The position numbers and the translations under genes are program-made. Shown here in pieces: positions 46,951 to 54,229 of a stretch of DNA of 54,229 nucleotides. The DNA is taken from assembly GCA_964623995.1 (NCBI GenBank), contig CAZUWO010000005.1, positions 1 to 54,229 on the forward strand, in the 5' to 3' direction. The stretch is from an uncultured Prevotella sp. GTDB lineage: Bacteria; Bacteroidota; Bacteroidia; Bacteroidales; Bacteroidaceae. The notes under the pieces were generated by a model, which made no database searches, was not told the DNA's origin, and was given only the letters and a program-made list of their open reading frames with translations. Every line of letters starts with the position of its first letter. Within the stretch, counting starts at the first letter, position 1.

Positions 46951-49713
46951 ATGGCAAAACTATTCCTTATCGACGCCTACGCGCTTATATATCGTTCTTA
47001 TTACGCCTTTATAAGAAATCCACGCATTAACAGCAAGAACTTCAACACTTCTGCCATACTTGGCTTCTGCAATACACTCAATGAGGTGCTCACTAAGATG
47101 GATCCTGACTACATTGGCGTGGCTTTCGACCACGGAAAGACTTTCCGCCACGAAGCCTACCCACCCTACAAGGCCCAGAGAGAGGAAACACCTGAGGACA
47201 TTCGCAAGAGTGTGCCAATAATAAAGGACATACTCGAGGCTTACCACATACCTATATTGCAGGCCGATGGCTTCGAAGCCGACGACGTGATAGGCACTAT
47301 TGCCACGCGGGCAGGCAAGGACGGCATTGAGACCTACATGCTAACGCCCGACAAAGACTACGGTCAGCTAATCAGGGAGAATGTATACATGTACCGCCCA
47401 CGTCATGGTGGAGGCTACGATAAGATAGGCATCAAGGAGATAAAGGATAAGTACGGCATTGACAGACCGGAACAAGTAATAGACCTTCTGGCCCTGATGG
47501 GCGACTCGGCCGACAACTATCCGGGTTGCCCCGGTGTGGGAGAAAAGCGCGCTGTGACTTTAATAAACGAATATGGCAGCCTGGACAACATGCTGGAGCA
47601 TGCCGACAGCATAAAGGGTAAACTGGGAGAGAGCGTCCGTGGAGCAGTGAGCGACATAAAGATGAGCTACTTTCTTGCCACCATTCGCACCGATGTGCCA
47701 ATTGATGTAAGTGCCGACGACTTGAAATTGCAGCAGCCCGACACAGAGAAACTGGACAAGATATTCACCGAACTCGAATTTAAGAGCTTTAAAGATAAAC
47801 TGTTGGGAAAAGAAAACAACACAAAAAAAACGTTAAACGAACCTCTTTCACTTTTCCCCGAAAATGCGACCGACTCCCCGATTGTTTCAAATTCTGCGAG
47901 TTTTGAGGCACTTCAGACGGTGGATCACGACTATAAACTTATTGAAAATGAGCAAGATGCAAAGAAATTGTGCTCTTTTTTGCTGAAAAATAAAACCGTA
48001 AGTTTAGACACGGAAACCACAAGTACCAACGCGATAGATGCCGAATTGGTGGGTCTTAGCTTCGCTGTTGAGGAATTCAAGGCATACTATGTGGCCGTGC
48101 CGGCAGAAAGAGAGAAAGCCCAAAGCATGGTGGAGATTTTCCGTCCGGTATATGAATCGCCTGAGATATTAAAGGTGGGGCAAAACATTAAATACGACAT
48201 GGAGGTGCTAAACAATTATGGCATCAGCGTGGCAACACCTATGTTTGACACCATGATTGCACATTACCTCATCAATCCGGAGCTCCATCACAACATGGAC
48301 TACATGGCAGAGACTTTGCTTCACTATCAGACCATACACATAGACCAGCTAATCGGTCCCAAGGGAAAGGCACAAAAGAACATGCGTGACCTTGATCCGA
48401 AGGAGGTGTATGAGTATGCTGCCGAAGACGCTGATGTGACTTTGCGACTCAAAAATATACTTGAGCCAAAGCTGAAGGAGGTATGCGCCGAGAAGTTGTT
48501 TACGGAAATTGAGATGCCCCTCGTTCCTGTGCTGGCCCGAATGGAAACCAACGGAGTCTGCCTCGATACCAAAGCGCTCAAGGAAACCTCTACCCTATTC
48601 ACTGAACGGATGGACAAATATGAGCAAAAGGTATATGAAGAGGCCGGCCATAAGTTCAACATCTCAAGTCCAAAGCAGGTTGGCGAAGTACTGTTTGGCG
48701 AGATGAAGATAATGGATAAGCCCAAGAAGACGCGCACGGGGCAGTATGTTACGTCGGAAGAAGTACTGCAATCGCTCAGGCAAAAAGCCCCTATCGTGGC
48801 CGACATACTCGACTACCGCGGGCTGAAAAAACTGCTCAGCACCTATGTTGACGCCCTTCCTAAGCTGATAAACAAGCGTACCGGCCATATACACACGTCA
48901 TTCAATCAAGCTCTTACAGCCACAGGGCGCCTTTCTTCATCCGATCCGAATCTGCAAAACATACCTGTGCGCAGCGAGGATGGCAAGGAAATACGCAAGT
49001 GTTTCATACCCGAACCGGGCTGCTTATTCTTCTCTGCTGACTATTCTCAGATAGAATTACGCATCATGGCCCATCTTTCCGGCGATGAAAACATGATCGA
49101 AGCCTTCCGCGAAGGATTCGATATACACCGCGCTACTGCCGCCAAGATATGGCATGAAAAGATGGAAGACGTTACCGACGCACAACGAAAGAAAGCCAAA
49201 CAGGCTAATTTCGGCATAATATATGGCATTACCGCCTTTGGACTGGCACAGCGAATGGAAATAAGTAATGGTGAGGCGCGCGACCTTATACACGACTATT
49301 TTGAGACCTTCCCTAAGGTTCATGAGTTCATGGAGACTGCTAAGGAGAAGGCAAGGCAGAAGGGCTACGCCGAAACACTATTCGGTAGACGTCGCTATCT
49401 GCCTGACATCAATTCTCACAACGGCACTGTCAGAGGCTTTGCAGAGCGCAATGCCATCAACGCACCTATACAAGGAACCGAAGCTGACATTATTAAAATA
49501 GCCATGGTGCGCATAGACCGCCGCTTCAAAGAAGAAAAAATACGCTCCAAAATGATTCTTCAAGTTCATGATGAATTAAACTTCAGCGTCTTCCCTGAAG
49601 AGAAAGAGCAAGTTGAAAGAATTGTAATCGACGAAATGCAGAATGCCTGCAAGCTGAGCGTTCCGCTAATAGCAGATCCAGGATGGGGAACTAACTGGCT
49701 TGAAGCACATTAG
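46951..49713 (+). CDS. polA: DNA polymerase I
   Basis: 5'-3' exonuclease (FEADD, LMGDSADN), 3'-5' exonuclease (DTET, YAAED), and polymerase motifs DYSQIELR and QVHDE. Confidence 0.98.
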   Translation: MAKLFLIDAYALIYRSYYAFIRNPRINSKNFNTSAILGFCNTLNEVLTKMDPDYIGVAFDHGKTFRHEAYPPYKAQREETPEDIRKSVPIIKDILEAYHIPILQADGFEADDVIGTIATRAGKDGIETYMLTPDKDYGQLIRENVYMYRPRHGGGYDKIGIKEIKDKYGIDRPEQVIDLLALMGDSADNYPGCPGVGEKRAVTLINEYGSLDNMLEHADSIKGKLGESVRGAVSDIKMSYFLATIRTDVPIDVSADDLKLQQPDTEKLDKIFTELEFKSFKDKLLGKENNTKKTLNEPLSLFPENATDSPIVSNSASFEALQTVDHDYKLIENEQDAKKLCSFLLKNKTVSLDTETTSTNAIDAELVGLSFAVEEFKAYYVAVPAEREKAQSMVEIFRPVYESPEILKVGQNIKYDMEVLNNYGISVATPMFDTMIAHYLINPELHHNMDYMAETLLHYQTIHIDQLIGPKGKAQKNMRDLDPKEVYEYAAEDADVTLRLKNILEPKLKEVCAEKLFTEIEMPLVPVLARMETNGVCLDTKALKETSTLFTERMDKYEQKVYEEAGHKFNISSPKQVGEVLFGEMKIMDKPKKTRTGQYVTSEEVLQSLRQKAPIVADILDYRGLKKLLSTYVDALPKLINKRTGHIHTSFNQALTATGRLSSSDPNLQNIPVRSEDGKEIRKCFIPEPGCLFFSADYSQIELRIMAHLSGDENMIEAFREGFDIHRATAAKIWHEKMEDVTDAQRKKAKQANFGIIYGITAFGLAQRMEISNGEARDLIHDYFETFPKVHEFMETAKEKARQKGYAETLFGRRRYLPDINSHNGTVRGFAERNAINAPIQGTEADIIKIAMVRIDRRFKEEKIRSKMILQVHDELNFSVFPEEKEQVERIVIDEMQNACKLSVPLIADPGWGTNWLEAH

Positions 49714-49722
49714 AAAGGAAGT

Positions 49723-49776
49723 GTAACAAAATCGTGCCATGAAATCGGATTTGATTTCATGGCACGATTTTGTTAC
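49723..49776. terminator. 24-bp perfect stem between convergent polA and cysS
   Basis: GTAACAAAATCGTGCCATGAAATC-ggattt-GATTTCATGGCACGATTTTGTTAC. Confidence 0.85.
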
Positions 49777-49794
49777 GCTTTTGAATATTTGAAC

Positions 49795-51288
49795 TTATTT
49801 GTTGAGCTTCCAGACAGCACCGTCTTTGGTGTCCTTTACCTCAAAACCGTCATTCTGTAGCTCATCCCTTATTCGGTCGCTTGTGGCCCAATCCTTATCA
49901 GCTTTTGCCTTAGCACGCAACTCAAGCACCATATCTACCACCTTTCCATAAGCTTCCTCGCGTGCGGCATTGCCCTCTCCCTGTTCGTTTCTTAGTCCAA
50001 GTATGTCAAATATGAACAGATTCATGGTCTCGCTAAGGCTCTTCAAGTCGTCAGCACTTATCTTTGCCTTGTGGTCTATTATTGTATTTATCACGTGGCA
50101 TGCCTCAAACATTTGGCTGATAACGAGCGGAGTCATCAAGTCATCATTCATAGCGTCGTAGCATTTCTGCGGCAATTCGGCCACAAACTGCTTAACCTGT
50201 TCATCGCTTTCAGCATCAGGAGTTATCTTTTCCAATGTACTTACGGCATCCATAAGTCTCTGATAGCCCTTCTCTGCTGCCTCAAGAGCCTCATTTGAGA
50301 AGTCTACAGTGCCACGATAATGGGCAGAAAGAATGAAGAAACGTATGGTCATGGGCGAATAAGCATGGTTGAGCGATGGATGAGTGCCATTGAAGAACTG
50401 CTCCAAAGTAATGAAATTGCCGAGCGATTTCCCCATTTTTTGACCATTTATGGTTATCATGTTGTTGTGCATCCAGTACTTCACCATCTGATCTCCTTGA
50501 GAAGCCACTGCCTGAGCTATCTCACACTCGTGATGAGGGAATATAAGGTCCATGCCACCACCATGAATATCGAAGTGGTTACCAAGATATTTGCGACCCA
50601 TTGCAGTGCATTCGCAATGCCATCCGGGGAATCCGTCACTCCAAGGGCTGGGCCAACGCATTATGTGTTCGGGCTGAGCTTTCTTCCAAAGAGCAAAATC
50701 GGCCTGGTTGTGTTTCTCTGTTGTGCCGGCAAGTTCACGACTCTTGTTGATGATATCACGCAAATTGCGTCCAGAAAGTATTCCGTAATGGTACTTTTTA
50801 TCATACTTTTCAACGTCGAAATATACGGAACCGTTGCTTTCATAGGCAAATCCGTTGTCAAGAATTTCCTTAACCAGCTGCTCTTGCTCTATGATATGAC
50901 CGGAAGCATGTGGCTCTATCGAAGGCGGAAGCACGTTGAGCAAGCGCATGGCATCATGGTAACGGTTGGTATAATACTGTGCTACCTCCATCGGTTCCAA
51001 TTGCTCCAATCTTGCCTTTTTTTCTATTTTATCGTCGCCTTCATCAGCATCGTGCTCCAAATGACCCACATCGGTGATGTTTCTTACGTATCTTACCTTG
51101 TAGCCTAAATGCTTAAGATAACGGAAAAGCACATCAAACGTGATGGCAGGGCGCGCATGTCCGAGGTGCGGATCACCATAAACAGTTGGTCCACATACAT
51201 ACATGCCAACGTGGGGGGCGTGCAATGGCACGAAACGCTCCTTCTTTCTGTGGAGCGTATTATAGATAAGCAAATTCTGTTCTGCCAT
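49795..51288 (-). CDS. cysS: Cysteine--tRNA ligase
   Basis: [34 protein letters not shown] and KMGKS motifs. Confidence 0.98.
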   Translation of the reverse strand: MAEQNLLIYNTLHRKKERFVPLHAPHVGMYVCGPTVYGDPHLGHARPAITFDVLFRYLKHLGYKVRYVRNITDVGHLEHDADEGDDKIEKKARLEQLEPMEVAQYYTNRYHDAMRLLNVLPPSIEPHASGHIIEQEQLVKEILDNGFAYESNGSVYFDVEKYDKKYHYGILSGRNLRDIINKSRELAGTTEKHNQADFALWKKAQPEHIMRWPSPWSDGFPGWHCECTAMGRKYLGNHFDIHGGGMDLIFPHHECEIAQAVASQGDQMVKYWMHNNMITINGQKMGKSLGNFITLEQFFNGTHPSLNHAYSPMTIRFFILSAHYRGTVDFSNEALEAAEKGYQRLMDAVSTLEKITPDAESDEQVKQFVAELPQKCYDAMNDDLMTPLVISQMFEACHVINTIIDHKAKISADDLKSLSETMNLFIFDILGLRNEQGEGNAAREEAYGKVVDMVLELRAKAKADKDWATSDRIRDELQNDGFEVKDTKDGAVWKLNK

Positions 51289-51690
51289 TATGGTATTGTG
51301 TTTTTATTGTTATTGTCTTTATGTATTGATTGCAAAATTACTCATTTTTATTGAGTTACACAAATATTGCCATTAAACACATGAAATAAAAGTTAGGATT
51401 TACAACTGATTGAGTAGGTCTTCTTAAAAATATATTACTGCTTTACTGTAAATTTATAAAAGCTTTGTTACTGAAATACAGCTTTTATCCAATATAAAAA
51501 TCATTTATATTAATACATAAAAGCTATTAATTTAAAATACCATAAGTATTGTTCTTATATAATATATCTATAAAATATTTCCTCTTTTAAATAAATAAAC
51601 ATTGATAATAAGCGTATTACAATTATATAATAGTATTAATATAAAGATTAGAATAATACCATTTTATAATAATATAACAGATATATAACG

Positions 51691-51726
51691 CAGCGAAGCC
51701 AAGATTTTATTGTCTTGGCTTCGCTG
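51691..51726 (-). terminator. Hairpin after the mannitol-dehydrogenase-family gene
   Basis: CAGCGAAGCCAAGA-ttttattg-TCTTGGCTTCGCTG, a 14-bp perfect stem. Confidence 0.75.
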
Positions 51727-51746
51727 ATATAAATGATATAAAAGAA

Positions 51747-53333
51747 TTATCTTGCCACTACATATTTGTGAAGCGTGCTGCGTATGGCTCCGTTTCCGGC
51801 ATAGAGTTCCTTAACCATGCCTTCTATCTTCTGCCCCAACCCAGCCTCGTAGAGGTCGAGTCCAAACACGTCTTTACGACTGTATAGCTGCTTCAAGCAA
51901 CTGTAGTCGTTATTAGTATTGCCAACTTCGAGCGGAGCAACTATAGCTTGCAGCTCTTCAAGCAATGGATCCGGTGACGGAGAGAATGGTTTTCCGTTAT
52001 CATCTATGCCTTTAAGATAGCGTGCATAACCAGCCAACACAAGAGGAATGAGCACCAAATTGTCGATATCAAGTCCCCTTGCAATGTATTTCTTAATGGT
52101 TTCGCCAAAGCGTATGGCCAGTTTCTGACTCGTATCTGTGGCTATTCGTTGTGGCGTATCTGGCATAAACGGATTAGGAAGACGCTTGTTTATGAACGCT
52201 CCTATGAACTCGTATGGATTCAAAATGCCAGGATCGGTAACCACTGGCATAGCCTCTATGTAACCAATCTTCTGAACGAAAGCACGAATGTCTGGGTCTT
52301 TTATTTCAGCAGATATAAGATTATAGTCCAGCATACATCCATATATGGCCATAGCCGTGTGCAACGGGTTCAAGCAAGTAGTAACTTTCATGGTTTCTAC
52401 CTTATCTACCGTCTCGCGAGAGGTATATATCACACCGCCAAGGTCCAATGGTGGCCGGCCGTTTGTATAGCTATTCTCTATTACAAGATACTGTGTCTCT
52501 TCTGAATTGACAAAAGGAGCGGTGAAAGTGTGGCGGTTTGTTTCAATATAATCATTGTCTTCGAAACCGTCTGCAGCAAGAAGCTCCTTTACTTTTTCGT
52601 GAGGACGCGGTGTAATTTTGTCTATCATAGACCAAGGGAAGGTTATCTTTGATTCATCTTTCAGATAATCTACAAATCCCTGTGGCACAAGGCCATTTTC
52701 CAACCAACGCTCAGCGTAAGCGAAAACACCCTTCTTTGCCTTGTCACCATTATGAGAGCAGTTATCCATACTTTGTATTGTGAGTGGCAGGGCACCGGCT
52801 TTATAGCGCTCAAGCAACAAAGCGGCCACTTTTCCCATAGCAAACTGAGGGTCAAGTCCACGGGCCAAGTCGGCATCATTATAGCTATAACCTTTTTCTG
52901 TTATAGTAAATGAAATCATTTGTAGACTCGGATTGCGGAATATTTCTACAAGACGGTTCCAGTCTTCAAACTGTTTGTCGGCCTTGAGAGCTTCTGTTAC
53001 CGATGCTATTACCTTCTTATCGATGGTTCCATCAGACTTTAAGCTGACCAGCAACGACAGATTGTCGTACGGGGTATAAGCTTTATCTATCACTTCATAG
53101 TCGAAAGTTTCAGCTACTATCACTCCCCTATCGTACTTACCCGTATTCAAGGTATCCTCAAGAATGGCTGCAGGGAAAGCCCTAAATATATTTCCACCAC
53201 CGAAATGTACCCATGTCGGCTCGTCGTGAGTTTTCTTTCTTACGGCTGCAATATCAAATTTAGGAAGCTCATAGCCTTTTGCTTCCCACTCAGATGCATT
53301 AAGTTTGCCTGAGATAATATCTTTAAGCTTCAT
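51747..53333 (-). CDS. Mannitol dehydrogenase family protein, probably D-mannonate oxidoreductase (UxuB function)
   Basis: WVHFGGGNIFRAF, FTITEKGY, SMDNCSHNG, MIDKITP and RIATDTSQK motifs; adjacent to uxuA. Confidence 0.85.
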   Translation of the reverse strand: MKLKDIISGKLNASEWEAKGYELPKFDIAAVRKKTHDEPTWVHFGGGNIFRAFPAAILEDTLNTGKYDRGVIVAETFDYEVIDKAYTPYDNLSLLVSLKSDGTIDKKVIASVTEALKADKQFEDWNRLVEIFRNPSLQMISFTITEKGYSYNDADLARGLDPQFAMGKVAALLLERYKAGALPLTIQSMDNCSHNGDKAKKGVFAYAERWLENGLVPQGFVDYLKDESKITFPWSMIDKITPRPHEKVKELLAADGFEDNDYIETNRHTFTAPFVNSEETQYLVIENSYTNGRPPLDLGGVIYTSRETVDKVETMKVTTCLNPLHTAMAIYGCMLDYNLISAEIKDPDIRAFVQKIGYIEAMPVVTDPGILNPYEFIGAFINKRLPNPFMPDTPQRIATDTSQKLAIRFGETIKKYIARGLDIDNLVLIPLVLAGYARYLKGIDDNGKPFSPSPDPLLEELQAIVAPLEVGNTNNDYSCLKQLYSRKDVFGLDLYEAGLGQKIEGMVKELYAGNGAIRSTLHKYVVAR

Positions 53334-53409
53334 TGTTATTATTGTTTTTGAATGTCTTTTTCACTACTAATAGAGTCATGAAAAGTTGACTCCATGACTC
53401 TAAATATAT

Positions 53410-54229
53410 TTATTCAAAGAATCCTGGCTGATGATATGGCTTGCCAAGTTCGCGATCGACAGTGGCTATAATGCCTTGTACCTGACCTAAAGCAAACATA
53501 CGGCCGAGGAAAGAATAACCTGCGTTATAGCCGCGGTTCTCATCTCCGAGCATTGTCATGCCATGATCTACTCGCATAGGCAGTCGGGCTATATTCGGAT
53601 TAGCCTTTCTTGCATCCTCTTCAAGCTCGAATATGCGCGTTAATGTTATCAAATCAGCACGTCCTCCAAGATGACTTGCCTCTGTGAAATCGCCATTCTT
53701 AAGCACATGACATGAACGAAGATGTACAAACCATGTACGGTTTGCAAACTCACGGGCCATCTCCGGCAAGTTGTTATGGGCTCCTGCTGACAGTGAACCT
53801 GCACAGAAAGTAAGTCCATTGTGTGGATCTGGTACTGCATTAAGGAACCATTCTATGTCCTCACAGCTTGTAACTATGCGCGGAAGACCAAGAATCTGGA
53901 ATGGAGGATCGTCAGGATGAACGCACATATACATATCACACTCGTCGCAAACCGGCATTATAGCCTCTAGGAAATACTTCATGTTGGCTCTGAGCTGATC
54001 ACGATCAATGCCTTTATACAATGCCAATAATTGACGGAACAACTCTACTGGATGTTCATCGCCCTCCTTAAAGTTGCCACTAACAAAGCCTTGGGTCTTT
54101 ATTACTATATTTTCTACGAGCTCATGATCCTTTTCCGGATTCATTGTCTTCTTCAATTCCTCTACCTCTGCTATGACATCACGTCCGTTTGGCTTTCCGT
54201 CAGGACCTAAAACTTTAAAGTTTGCCCAA
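53410..54229 (-). CDS. uxuA: Mannonate dehydratase, 3' part (frame open to the window end)
   Basis: VHPDDPP, LGLPRIV, NGLTFCAGS, FVHLR, PMRVDHG and AGYSFLGR motifs. Confidence 0.93.
   Translation of the reverse strand, partial: WANFKVLGPDGKPNGRDVIAEVEELKKTMNPEKDHELVENIVIKTQGFVSGNFKEGDEHPVELFRQLLALYKGIDRDQLRANMKYFLEAIMPVCDECDMYMCVHPDDPPFQILGLPRIVTSCEDIEWFLNAVPDPHNGLTFCAGSLSAGAHNNLPEMAREFANRTWFVHLRSCHVLKNGDFTEASHLGGRADLITLTRIFELEEDARKANPNIARLPMRVDHGMTMLGDENRGYNAGYSFLGRMFALGQVQGIIATVDRELGKPYHQPGFFE

Noticed and set aside
645-49713. Genome-wide TAG reassignment (genetic code 15-like)
   Set aside because: TAG ends several genes at their expected C-termini (polA WLEAH*, sdhA RNYKK*, mnmG, ybeY, argB), and the two internal TAGs appear to replace different residues.

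Overview
A 54 kb core-chromosome segment from a Bacteroidales bacterium, most likely Prevotella-like. This is inferred from gene content, TAnnTTTG/TTTG promoters and A-rich leaders without Shine-Dalgarno motifs. It carries mostly housekeeping genes: argB, greA, a DEAD-box helicase, speA, aroK, topA, ybeY, parE, aldA, sdhCAB, mnmG, apt, uvrC, dtd, deoC, a polyprenyl synthase, polA, cysS, uxuA and an uxuB-like gene. Envelope and hydrolase genes include a partial BspA-like LRR protein, DsbD, an S46 dipeptidyl peptidase, a PagL-like protein, a flippase and a DUF3943-like outer-membrane protein. I found no tRNA, rRNA, transposase, integrase or CRISPR array. Four things stand out. (1) Four intergenic arrays from two sequence-unrelated families share one geometry: a 22-bp period with a dyad axis every 11 bp and stem-preserving substitutions. 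One array sits behind an orphan consensus promoter and inside a perfect 26-bp inverted repeat, so this is a candidate undescribed repeat or protein-binding system. (2) Two otherwise intact core genes, speA and sdhA, are each broken by a single in-frame TAG. (3) parS sites flank apt downstream of mnmG, suggesting the window is near the origin, and there is a ~16% GC tract upstream of cysS. (4) The greA and DEAD-helicase leaders are structured. All family assignments come from motif recognition; no database searches were run.
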